A stretch of DNA of 64,000 nucleotides from Stellaceae bacterium (GCA_035570495.1 DATMLO010000127.1:5173-69172), one strand, 5' to 3'. Shown: positions 18,368-27,098, counted from the stretch's first letter. Notes: a model not told the origin generated them from the sequence alone. Numbers and translations: made by a program.

Positions 18368-19590
18368 GCGTTGCGCCGCACCGGGGCCGGGAAACGCACG
18401 TGGCGGCCGCGATCGAGCCATTTGCGCGCCAGCTTGTTGACGTTGGGCATGCCATCAAGCAGGCCCGGCACGACCACCGCAGAAGGCGGCGCCTGCTGGG
18501 TCAGCTGCAACAGCGCAGCGCCCATGCGCACAGGATCGCGCGCATTGTCGTCGGACAGCATCGCGACGAGGCCGAGTTCGGCGGCGCGCTGGGCGCGGAT
18601 GAACTGCTCGAGGCGCGGTACGGTGCGCGGCAGGATCAGCGCCGGTTTGTCGAACGACAGTATCTCGCAAAAGGTGTTGTAGCCGCCCATCGCAACGACG
18701 CCCCTGGCGCGCGCCATCAAGGCTTCGAGATGGGCGTCGAAGGTGATCGCCCGCAGCTTGGCGAGGCGTGCGGCGCGGGCGTCATAGGCGGCCTGGCGCT
18801 CGGGCAGCATGAACGGGCCATAGACGATCAGCGCCGGCGGCAGCGGGCCGGGATCGTGCTCATAGGCGGCCAGCACCCAGTCGATGAGGTCGTCGCCATC
18901 GCCACCGCCACCTGCGGTGACCAGCAGATAATCGCTGTCGGCAAAGTCGCCGATCTCGTGTTTCGCGGCCGTCTCGCTCAGCCGACGGCGCAGATACCCG
19001 GTGTAGACCATGCGCCGGCGCACGCTTGCCGGCAGCTCGATGCCTTCGAGCGGATCGCAAATCTGCGGCAGGCCGTAGACCCAGAGCTCGTCGTAATACT
19101 CGGCGAGCGCCGGAGCGACATTCTTGCGCTCCCACTCGGTTTCGAGCGCCATCGGCTCGTCCATCACGTCGCGCAGGCCGAGGATCATCGGCGTGCCGCG
19201 ATCACGCAGCAGGTCGAGCGTCGGCCGCACCTCGCCGCGCAGTCCCAGCGGCTCCTTGTCGACGATGAAGAGGTCGGGATCGAAGATATCGGCCGTATGA
19301 TGGATGATCGAAGAGCGCATGGCCAGCGTCTCCTCGATGTCGATATGCAAGGAAAGCGACACGTATTCGCCGTTGCGCAGCTTGATTACGCCCGGAATCC
19401 GTACAAAATCCACTCGAGACCGGAAATCGAAGCTGCCGATGATCGGCGATCCCGATAGGATCAACACCGACACTGAAGAGTCTGTTTCGACAAGCGAATG
19501 GGCAATCGCACGACAACGCCGCAGATGACCGAGACCGAAACTGTCGTGGCTATAGATCAGAACACGCTTATGGTCGCGCCGTTGGGGCAT
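18364..19590 (-). CDS. GT-B fold glycosyltransferase (MurG/GT28-like N-terminus)
   Basis: The N-terminus is VLIYSHDSFGLGHLRRCRAIAHSL. It is a paralogue of the 14261-15403 product and the first gene of the co-directional string. Confidence 0.75.
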   Translation of the reverse strand: MPQRRDHKRVLIYSHDSFGLGHLRRCRAIAHSLVETDSSVSVLILSGSPIIGSFDFRSRVDFVRIPGVIKLRNGEYVSLSLHIDIEETLAMRSSIIHHTADIFDPDLFIVDKEPLGLRGEVRPTLDLLRDRGTPMILGLRDVMDEPMALETEWERKNVAPALAEYYDELWVYGLPQICDPLEGIELPASVRRRMVYTGYLRRRLSETAAKHEIGDFADSDYLLVTAGGGGDGDDLIDWVLAAYEHDPGPLPPALIVYGPFMLPERQAAYDARAARLAKLRAITFDAHLEALMARARGVVAMGGYNTFCEILSFDKPALILPRTVPRLEQFIRAQRAAELGLVAMLSDDNARDPVRMGAALLQLTQQAPPSAVVVPGLLDGMPNVNKLARKWLDRGRHVRFPAPVRRNA

Positions 19591-19670
19591 ACGGCGTCTC
19601 CTTTGCTGTCGACCGAGCGCACTATTACACTGGCGTATAGTTCAGACGAAACGTTCTTTTTCGGCGAGGC

Positions 19671-22424
19671 TTGGCGATGACGGTCGCCGCATCAACAACC
19701 AACACGGCGGAGCAGCAGCACGCTCCCGATGCCGAGATGGCGTCGAAGGAGCCGCCGATCAAGCCCGCGCCAGATATCGCGGACAACCTCGAACCGTCGG
19801 TCTACCGCTTCATCCTGCGCCATAGCCTCAAGCAGCAGATCATGCTGCTGGTGCTTACGCTCATCTCGTTTCCGTTTCTTTACTACTCGCTCGAACTGCC
19901 GAAGACGATCGTCAACCGGGCGATCGGCGGCAAGCATTTCCCGCAACCCTTCCTCGGGATGGAGTTCGACCAGATCCCCTATTTGATGACGCTGTGCGGG
20001 GTGTTCCTCGCGCTGGTGTTCGTCAATGGCGGGTTCAAGTACTACATCAACACCTTCAAGGGGCAGCTCGGCGAGCGCATGCTGCGGCGCTTCCGCTATG
20101 CGCTCTATCTTCGGCTGTTGCGCTTCCCGCCGTCCTACTTCCAGAAGACGTCATCGGCGCAGATCATCCCGATGATCACCACCGAGTGCGAGCAGCTCGG
20201 TGGGTTTATCGGCGACGCGTTCGTACTGCCGGCGTTCCAGGGCGGGACGCTGCTGACGCTCATCTTCTTCATGTTCATGCAGGACCCGATCCTCGGTTCC
20301 GCCGCGGTCGCGCTTTACCCGATCCAGGGATACGTCATCCCCAAGCTGCAGCGCATCGTGAACCAGCTCGGCAAGCGCCGCATCCGGCAAGTGCGCGAGG
20401 TCGCCGACCGGGTCCAGGAATCCGCCGCCGGCATCGCCGAAATCCAGGCCAATGACACGGTCAAGCTTAATCTGAGCCGCTTCGCGCATCTTTTGGGATC
20501 AATCTACGACATCCGCTTCGAGATCTATCGCCGGAAGTTTTTCGTCAAGTTCCTCAACAACTTCATCGGTCAGCTGACGCCGTTTTTCTTCTATGCGATC
20601 GGCGGCTATCTGGTCATAACGGGCCCCTTGTCGTTCGGCGCGTTGGTCGCGGTGCTCGCCGCCTACAAGGACCTCGCCTCGCCGTGGAAAGAGCTGCTCG
20701 ACTTCTACCAGAACAACCAGAATTCGCGGATCACCTACGACCAGATCGTCGAGCAGTTCGAGCCGGCCAACATGGTCGATCCCGAGGTGCTGCTCGCCGA
20801 GCCGACGACGATCCCACACCTCAGCGGCGAGCTGACCGTCACCAACCTGTCGCTTGCCGGCGACGACAAGCGGCGCACCGTCGACGCGGTCAACTTCACG
20901 CTGGCGCTCGACGAACATGTCGCAGTGATCGGCCAGTCCGGCGGCGGCAAGGAGGATTTGGCGCTGCTGATGTCGCGGCTGGTGCAACCGAGCACCGGGC
21001 GGATCGAGATCGGCGGCACGGACCTCGCCAAGCTGCCGCTCGCCGTGGTCGGGCGCCGGGTCGGCTATGTCGGCACGACGCCGTATATGTTCACCGGGAC
21101 GCTGCGCGACAATCTGCTGCTCGGCCTGCGCCACTATCCGGTGCGGCCTGGGGAGTACGGGGAAGAATTGGCGAAGATACGCGCCAAGGAGCTGGTCGAG
21201 GCGCGCCGCGCCGGCAATATCGACTTCGATATCGATGCCGATTGGATCGACTACGCCGGCGCCGATGTCGCCAACGCGGAAGAGCTGACGCTGCGCATCG
21301 TCGAGGTGCTGCGGCTGCTTGGCTTCGAGGAGGGTGTCTACAGCATCGGTCTGCGCGGCAAGGTCGACCCCACGGCAAATCCCGAGCTGGCGGGGCGTTT
21401 GCTGGAAGCGCGCAATGCGCTGTCGGAACGCCTGGCGCGCGACGGCATCACCAACTATGTCGAGACCTACGACCCCGAGCTCTACAACAGCAACGCCACG
21501 GTGGCGGAAAATCTGCTGTTCGGCACGCCAATCGGGCCGGTCTTCGAGTTCGAGGCGCTGGCCGACAACAACTATGTGCGCAGCGTGCTCGACAAGGTCG
21601 GGCTGACCGATGACCTGGTCGAAGCCGGCCGCGAGATCACGGCGCGAACCTTCGAATTCGTTACCGAGCTGCCCGCCGAGCTGTTCGAGGAGTATAGCCT
21701 GATCGGCGTCGACGATCTGCCCGAGTTCAAGGCGATCCTCACCGCGATCGACGGCCACGACGGCAAGATGACCGAAGAGCATCGCCGCAAGCTGTTATCG
21801 CTGCCGCTGAAGCTCGTCGTCGCCAAGCATCGCCTCGATGTGATCGACGAGCGCATGCAAGCGCAGCTGCTCGAAGCGCGCCGGGTGTTTCGCGCCGACC
21901 TTCCGGCCGAGGCGCGCGAGCAGATCGCGTTTTTCGACCCGGCCGAATACAACGCCGCGGCTTCGCTGCAGGACAACATCTTGTTCGGCAAGATCGCCCA
22001 GGGCGAAGCCGATGCGAGCCGGCGCGTGCCGGCGGTGCTCGGCGAGGTGCTCGACGAAATGTCGCTGCGGCCGACGGTCATCGATGTCGGGCTCGACTAC
22101 AATGTCGGCACCGCCGGGTCACGGCTGTCGCTCGGCCAACGCCAGCGCGCCGCGATCGCCCGCGCGGTGCTGAAACGGCCTGACATCATGATCCTCAACG
22201 AAGCCACCACCGGGCTCGACGGGCCGGCGCAAGCGAAGGTCATGGAAGGCCTCTTCCAGGAATTCGAGGGGCGCTGCCTGGTGTGGGCCTTGCACCGCGC
22301 CAGCCTCGCGCGCAACTTCGACCGGGTGCTGGTGATGAGCTCCGGCAAGCTTCAGGAACAGGGCCGGTTCGCCGAACTCGACCATAAGGATTCGCTGACC
22401 ACCATGTTGATGGCGGCGGAATGA
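19671..22424 (+). CDS. atypical ABC exporter (TMD-NBD fusion, 917 aa) with an expanded, non-consensus NBD
   Basis: The N-terminal part is a 6-TM ABC_membrane-like region. The motifs are Walker A GQSGGGKE, signature LSLGQRQR, Walker B IMILNEAT and an H-loop His in LVWALHRAS. About 290 extra residues separate Walker A from the signature. The ATG at 19677, preceded by GAGG, is probably the real start. Confidence 0.85.
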   Translation: MAMTVAASTTNTAEQQHAPDAEMASKEPPIKPAPDIADNLEPSVYRFILRHSLKQQIMLLVLTLISFPFLYYSLELPKTIVNRAIGGKHFPQPFLGMEFDQIPYLMTLCGVFLALVFVNGGFKYYINTFKGQLGERMLRRFRYALYLRLLRFPPSYFQKTSSAQIIPMITTECEQLGGFIGDAFVLPAFQGGTLLTLIFFMFMQDPILGSAAVALYPIQGYVIPKLQRIVNQLGKRRIRQVREVADRVQESAAGIAEIQANDTVKLNLSRFAHLLGSIYDIRFEIYRRKFFVKFLNNFIGQLTPFFFYAIGGYLVITGPLSFGALVAVLAAYKDLASPWKELLDFYQNNQNSRITYDQIVEQFEPANMVDPEVLLAEPTTIPHLSGELTVTNLSLAGDDKRRTVDAVNFTLALDEHVAVIGQSGGGKEDLALLMSRLVQPSTGRIEIGGTDLAKLPLAVVGRRVGYVGTTPYMFTGTLRDNLLLGLRHYPVRPGEYGEELAKIRAKELVEARRAGNIDFDIDADWIDYAGADVANAEELTLRIVEVLRLLGFEEGVYSIGLRGKVDPTANPELAGRLLEARNALSERLARDGITNYVETYDPELYNSNATVAENLLFGTPIGPVFEFEALADNNYVRSVLDKVGLTDDLVEAGREITARTFEFVTELPAELFEEYSLIGVDDLPEFKAILTAIDGHDGKMTEEHRRKLLSLPLKLVVAKHRLDVIDERMQAQLLEARRVFRADLPAEAREQIAFFDPAEYNAAASLQDNILFGKIAQGEADASRRVPAVLGEVLDEMSLRPTVIDVGLDYNVGTAGSRLSLGQRQRAAIARAVLKRPDIMILNEATTGLDGPAQAKVMEGLFQEFEGRCLVWALHRASLARNFDRVLVMSSGKLQEQGRFAELDHKDSLTTMLMAAE

Positions 22425-22458
22425 ACACGAAGGAGCCGGCCGGTACGGGAGGAACGCA

Positions 22459-22944
22459 GTGACTGTACAGCAGGAATTCGAGGTGCTCCGGCGAGTGCCG
22501 TTCTTCGCCGAGATCGAGCCGCCCAAGCTCAAGGCGCTGGCCTATGTCAGCGAGCGGGTCGGGTTCGACGACGGCAAGATCGTCTGCCGCCAGGGCGACC
22601 CCGGCGACGCCGCCTATCTGATTATCGACGGCGAGGCCGACATCGTCCTCGAGGGGCCGGCCGGCCCGATGACCGTGGCGACGCTGGGCGCCAACGACCT
22701 TGTCGGCGAGATGGCGATCCTCACGAGCGAGCCGCGCAACGCCACCGTCCGCGCCAAGGGCCGGCTGGTCACCCTGCGCATTGGCAAGGACCCGTTTATG
22801 CGCATGGTACGCGAATTTCCGTCGATGGCCGTGTCGGTCATGCAGGAGCTGGCGCACCGGGTCAACGACACCAACAATCAGCTGCGCGCGGCACGCAGCG
22901 AGGTCAACCAGCTGCGCGCCCAGCTCGCCGCCAACGCGGCTTAG
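22459..22944 (+). CDS. stand-alone cyclic-nucleotide-binding (CAP effector) domain protein
   Basis: It has a GTG start preceded by GGGAGGA. FFAEI..., GDPGDAAYLIIDGEA and GEMAILTSEPRNATVRA match the cNMP-binding cassette. Confidence 0.85.
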   Translation: MTVQQEFEVLRRVPFFAEIEPPKLKALAYVSERVGFDDGKIVCRQGDPGDAAYLIIDGEADIVLEGPAGPMTVATLGANDLVGEMAILTSEPRNATVRAKGRLVTLRIGKDPFMRMVREFPSMAVSVMQELAHRVNDTNNQLRAARSEVNQLRAQLAANAA

Positions 22945-22978
22945 TCGCCGCCGCGGGGCCGCGAGCACCGATCGCCAT

Positions 22979-23467
22979 ATGAGCCGGCTCGACAGCTTTA
23001 TCCGCCGGCTCGAGGCGCAGCGCACCGTGCTCAATCACGCCGCCGAACTCATCGCCGAAATCGATGGGCCGGTGCTGGAGCTGGGGCTCGGCAATGGCCG
23101 CACCTACGACCATCTGCGCGAGCTTTTTCCGGGACGCGACATCTATGTCTGCGAGCGCCGGGTCGCGGCGCACCCGGATTGCATCCCGCCCGATCATCTG
23201 CTGCTGCTCGGCGACATGTTCGAGACGCTGCCGGCGGCGCGCGGGCGGCTCGGCGGCAAGGTGGCGCTCGCCCATTTTGACGCCGGCACTGGGGACGAAG
23301 CGGGAAACCTCACGCTCGCCGCCGGGCTGCGACCGCTGATCCTGCCGCTACTTCGCGGCGGCGGCGTGCTCGCGACGCAGCAGGCGATAGACGGGCCGGG
23401 GTTGGAGACGCTGTCTTTGCCGCAGGGGGTGTCGCAGGGACGGTATTACCTCTATCGGCGTGTCTAA
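22979..23467 (+). CDS. small class I SAM-dependent methyltransferase-like protein
   Basis: The ATG lies at 22979. VLELGLGNGRTYDHL resembles SAM motif I. The remainder is unassigned. Confidence 0.5.
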   Translation: MSRLDSFIRRLEAQRTVLNHAAELIAEIDGPVLELGLGNGRTYDHLRELFPGRDIYVCERRVAAHPDCIPPDHLLLLGDMFETLPAARGRLGGKVALAHFDAGTGDEAGNLTLAAGLRPLILPLLRGGGVLATQQAIDGPGLETLSLPQGVSQGRYYLYRRV

Positions 23468-24258
23468 AGATCGAGTTCGATCATCACCGGTACGTGGTCG
23501 GAGGTCTGCTCCCAGTCGCGGGTCTCGCGGTACACCCGGTAGCTCTTGAGCGCGCCGACCAGCGCCGGCGTCACCCAGATATGGTCGAGCCGGCGGCCGC
23601 GGTCGGAAGCGGCCCAGTCGCGGTTGCGATAGCTCCACCAAGTATAGAGCTTCTGGTCGGCCGGCACGAAATGCCTGACCGCGTCGACAAACCCGCCCGC
23701 CTCGCGCATCGCGTTGAGCTTTTCGACCTCGATCGGGGTGTGGCTGACGACGCTCAACAGCTGCTTGTGCGACCACACGTCCTGTTCGAGCGGCGCGATG
23801 TTGAGATCGCCCACCGCGATCGCCTTGCGGGCGCGGTCATGGGTTGTGAACCACGCGGTCAGCTCGTCGAGGAATTGGAGCTTGTGGGCGAATTTCGGGT
23901 TGATCGCAGGGTCCGGCTCGTCGCCGCCCGCCGGGACATAGATATTGTGCAGCTCGATGCCGCCGGACAGCTCGGCGATCGCGTGGCGGCAATCGGCGCG
24001 GTCGCACCAGGCGCGAGTCGCGATGCTGGGGAACGGCGTCTTGGCGAGGATCGCGACGCCGTTATAGCCCTTCATCCCGTGCATATGGATGTGCTCGTAG
24101 CCCAGCGCCGCGAAGGGCTCGCGAGGGAAGAGGTCGTCGGGGGTCTTGGTTTCCTGGAGGCAGAGAATGTCGGGCTGCGCCTCGGCGAGAAGCCGGGCGA
24201 CAAGGCCGGCCCGCAGCCGCACCGAGTTGATGTTCCAGGTCATCAGACGCAGGGTCAT
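23464..24258 (-). CDS. xthA: exodeoxyribonuclease III
   Basis: MTWNINSVRLR...PDILCLQETK, ...GDLNIAP... and ...SDHVPV are full-length EEP nuclease hallmarks. Confidence 0.95.
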   Translation of the reverse strand: MTLRLMTWNINSVRLRAGLVARLLAEAQPDILCLQETKTPDDLFPREPFAALGYEHIHMHGMKGYNGVAILAKTPFPSIATRAWCDRADCRHAIAELSGGIELHNIYVPAGGDEPDPAINPKFAHKLQFLDELTAWFTTHDRARKAIAVGDLNIAPLEQDVWSHKQLLSVVSHTPIEVEKLNAMREAGGFVDAVRHFVPADQKLYTWWSYRNRDWAASDRGRRLDHIWVTPALVGALKSYRVYRETRDWEQTSDHVPVMIELDL

Positions 24259-24335
24259 CGGCTTAACGATCCACTCAACCTATTGGCGGGAAGCGGGCGA
24301 ATAGACCATGCCGGTTCGGGAGCGCGCAATCGCTT

Positions 24336-24376
24336 GACAAACAAATAGCGCCCGGTGTGGGGGGAACACCGGGCGC
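24336..24376 (-). terminator. rho-independent terminator (minus strand)
   Basis: There is a 10-bp GC stem, GCGCCCGGTG/CACCGGGCGC (24348-24357 and 24367-24376). On the minus strand it is followed by TATTTGTTTGT. Confidence 0.7.
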
Positions 24377-24573
24377 CAGCTTGTCAGAAGCGCTTGGGGG
24401 AGATCCGGACCCGCAGGGGAGACGGGGCCGGAATTAAGAGGACTTGGGGTCCTCTCCGCTTCTGGACTCCCAAGTGGGGATCGCCGACGCATGACCAAAA
24501 TGCGAATCATGCATGCGTCAGCAGCGCAAAACGCATGGGGAACGGAGGAACCAAAAAAGCGTGGAAACGTGCG

Positions 24574-25365
24574 CTAGGCAGCCCGCCGTTTTTGCGAGCC
24601 GCCGGCCGCGACGGCGCGACACGCATCGCCAAAGGCAGCGAACAGCGCGCGCGAAATCGGGTTGTCAAGCGGCTTGTATTCTGGGTGCCACTGGACGCCG
24701 ACGACGAATCGTGCTCCCGGCAGGCTCACCGCCTCGATGAGGCCGTCGGGCGCCACCGCCTCGACCACCAACCCCGGCGCCGGCTGGTCGATGCCCTGGC
24801 CGTGCAGCGAGTTGACCATGATCTCGGTGGTGCCGGCGAGCGTCGCGAAGAAGCCGCCAGGCGTCAGCTGTACCGGGTGGCACGGGCCGTAGCGCTCGTC
24901 CATGGACATTTCCATGATGCGCTTGATGTCGCGGCCGCGGCGATGCACCTCGCCGCCCGGCCGCTCGCCGATGCGCTGATGCAAGCTGCCGCCGAGCGCG
25001 ACATTCAGCTCCTGGATGCCGCGGCAGATCGCCAGCACCGGCAGGTTGCGGGCTACCGCCTCGCGAATCAGCGGCAAGGTCGTGGCGTCGCGATCGGGGT
25101 CGTGCAGCGTGCCTTCACGACTCGGCGCGCCCTTGTAATGGTACGGCTCGACGTTGGATGGGCTGCCGGTCAGCAGCACGCCATGGATCGAATCGAGCAG
25201 CGTGTCGCAGCACAGCTTGTCGCCGATCGACGGGATCAGGATCGGCATACAGCCGGCGGCGTCGACCACCGCGTGCGGGTAGCGCACCACGGTGGTGTAC
25301 ATGAGCCGGTCATTAGTTTCGCGATAACAAGTGGGTATCGCCACCAGCGGCGCGCGCGAAGACAT
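24574..25365 (-). CDS. gamma-glutamyl-GABA hydrolase-like class I glutamine amidotransferase (peptidase C26)
   Basis: The nucleophile context is LAICRGIQELNVALGG, and VGVQWHPEY is present. Confidence 0.85.
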   Translation of the reverse strand: MSSRAPLVAIPTCYRETNDRLMYTTVVRYPHAVVDAAGCMPILIPSIGDKLCCDTLLDSIHGVLLTGSPSNVEPYHYKGAPSREGTLHDPDRDATTLPLIREAVARNLPVLAICRGIQELNVALGGSLHQRIGERPGGEVHRRGRDIKRIMEMSMDERYGPCHPVQLTPGGFFATLAGTTEIMVNSLHGQGIDQPAPGLVVEAVAPDGLIEAVSLPGARFVVGVQWHPEYKPLDNPISRALFAAFGDACRAVAAGGSQKRRAA

Positions 25366-25421
25366 CAGTGTCGGCTCAAGCTGTTATTCGTGTGGTCATT
25401 TCTTGGTTCAGCTCCCGGCAG

Positions 25422-26054
25422 CTAGTACGGGGAGTGATACTGAAACAGCTTGGGGTCGAGCGCCATGCCGTATTGCTCTTGCGACAGCGACACATTTGTC
25501 ACCCCGCCCCGTTGATCGATCACCGTCCATTGCTGCAACACCAATGGATTATCAGAAAATACCATAGTCAGGCTCCCCGCGTCTGGCTCCGCGGTCTCGA
25601 CAACCGTAACCCGCACGGTATTCCCGCTATGCTCAAAACGCGTAACGGCAACGCCGTCGGTAAAACTGATGGGGTCGCGAAGCAAGAACCAGGCCGGGGT
25701 GGATTTGAGCCCGACCTTGCTCATCTGCTTGAGGTCGGGGTCCCAGGAGTACAAATAGAAGGTGTCGGCAAGGAGCAAGAGCTCGTTGGGCGGGTCGTAC
25801 TGAAAGCGCATCTTGCCGGGCCGCGCCAGCCAGACCTCGCCGGTCGCGGCGCCGCCCTTTTGGGTCGCCTGCTGAAACCGCGCGGTCATCGTGTGGATAC
25901 CGTCGAGATAGCCGGCGATCTTTTGCAGCTCGGCCGAATCCTGCGGCGACAGCGCCACCGGCGCTGGCGGCGGCGCGGCGTGGGCCGCGAGCGGCGCGGC
26001 GAGCAGCACGAGCGCGGCTGCCGACGCGCGAAAGATCTGCCCCATCCGGTTCAT
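25422..26054 (-). CDS. lolA: outer-membrane lipoprotein carrier protein LolA
   Basis: It has a signal peptide (AAALVLLAAPLAAHA) and the LolA-like motif TARFQQ. It sits in the position where lolA normally follows ftsK. The ATG at 26054 is preceded by GGAGA. Confidence 0.75.
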   Translation of the reverse strand: MNRMGQIFRASAAALVLLAAPLAAHAAPPPAPVALSPQDSAELQKIAGYLDGIHTMTARFQQATQKGGAATGEVWLARPGKMRFQYDPPNELLLLADTFYLYSWDPDLKQMSKVGLKSTPAWFLLRDPISFTDGVAVTRFEHSGNTVRVTVVETAEPDAGSLTMVFSDNPLVLQQWTVIDQRGGVTNVSLSQEQYGMALDPKLFQYHSPY

Positions 26055-26209
26055 CACCCGCCGTCTCCAGCCATTTGATCCGCAAGGGAAATGGCGCGCC
26101 AATTGTGGCGCGTCAATGGCGAGGGGCCGGCGCGCGGTGTCGCAACGTCGCGCGAGGGTTATCCGATGGGGTTATCGCGCCGGGGTTTCGAGCGGATTTC
26201 CGATGGCGG

Positions 26210-26608
26210 CTATCCGGCTGCCTGCGCCAGCGCCCAGGCGTACCACTCGTTCGCCGGAGCGTTGGGCGCGGGCGGCTTGCGGCCGCGAAAGCGCGGCACC
26301 AGCGCGGTGAGGCCGGACGCGTAAGGCTCGCGCGATGCCAGCTTGGGGTCTTGCGCGATAAAATCGGCGTCGGCGCGGCGCAATTCGGGCGAATCGCCCA
26401 GGCCGGCCAGCTCCCTGGCCGCGCCGGCGACCGACCAAAGACGCTTGAGCAAATCGGGTGCGGTCTTGATCTTGGTCAGCGCCGGGCCTGTGGCGTCCCA
26501 CAGCGCCGCGCGCTCGCGCAAATCCTGGCGGCGGGCGACCTTGCGGCGCGCGATCTCGGTCAGGACCGCGAGGCGGCGCCAGATGCCGCCCCTACCCCGC
26601 GATGCCAT
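26210..26608 (-). CDS. hypothetical protein
   Basis: This is the in-frame ATG (MASRGRGG...) within ORF 26210-26764. It overlaps the end of the upstream gene by 17 nt. I recognised no motif. Confidence 0.4.
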   Translation of the reverse strand: MASRGRGGIWRRLAVLTEIARRKVARRQDLRERAALWDATGPALTKIKTAPDLLKRLWSVAGAARELAGLGDSPELRRADADFIAQDPKLASREPYASGLTALVPRFRGRKPPAPNAPANEWYAWALAQAAG

Positions 26609-27053
26609 TGACGCTTTCGAGCCGCTGCAGCCGCGCCTCGATCTCGCCCGCCTCGAGCGCGCGCAGGAAGGCGTCGACGACCTGCGAGAAGGCGGAAGCC
26701 TCCTCGGCCGAGATCGTGCCATCGGCGGCCGCGGCGGCGACCGCGGCCATCGCCGGCGCGGCATCGGCGGCAGTCGCGAGCGTCGGCAGCGCGAAGCCCC
26801 TCGGGCGGTGGCGGCGCGGCGCGATGATGCGGCCGAGCGCCAGGCGCAGCGCGACGATGTTGCCCTCCAGCGCCATCTGCACCGCCTTGTTAGCGAGCGC
26901 GCCCGACGCGCCGTCGAATAATTGCTCTGCCAGCAACGTCGCGTGGTTGCGCGACCCCGGCGGGCGACCGGAAGGATTGCCCGAATGGCCCGGCAGAAAC
27001 TTGCCGGTCTCGGTACGTTCCGCCTGTTTTTGCTGGGAATTTACAGGCTCCAT
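26592..27053 (-). CDS. DUF5681-like protein (phage/plasmid-associated family)
   Basis: The N-terminal FLPGHSGNPSGRPPGSRN matches the GNPxGRPxGS signature I associate with DUF5681. It has a strong AAGGAGG SD. Confidence 0.6.
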   Translation of the reverse strand: MEPVNSQQKQAERTETGKFLPGHSGNPSGRPPGSRNHATLLAEQLFDGASGALANKAVQMALEGNIVALRLALGRIIAPRRHRPRGFALPTLATAADAAPAMAAVAAAAADGTISAEEASAFSQVVDAFLRALEAGEIEARLQRLESVNGIAG

Positions 27054-27098
27054 GATCCTCCTTGTGGCGGCGGGAGCCGCTTTTTAAAGGAGGATCAT
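27052..27098. promoter_or_regulatory. perfect 12-bp inverted repeat carrying an SD on each strand (ATGATCCTCCTT ... AAGGAGGATCAT)
   Basis: The arms lie at 27052-27063 and 27087-27098. The inner hairpin GCGGC-GGGA-GCCGC followed by TTTTT lies at 27067-27085. Confidence 0.6.

Noticed and set aside
24333-24338. A perfect TTGACA hexamer, considered as a plus-strand -35 promoter box.
   Set aside because: No acceptable -10 element lies at 16-18 nt spacing, and no plus-strand gene lies downstream. The hexamer is part of the T-rich tail of the minus-strand terminator.
24280-24510. A 76-aa minus-strand ORF in the structured region. I also considered whether the region is SRP RNA, 6S RNA, tmRNA or RNase P RNA.
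   Set aside because: The ORF is Pro/Arg/Ser-rich with no SD. I could not find the conserved cores of those RNAs, for example the SRP domain IV GGAA-containing motif.
26210-27053. Calling the DUF5681 gene pair a prophage.
   Set aside because: There are only two small genes, with no integrase, capsid, terminase or att-like repeats. At most this is a remnant.
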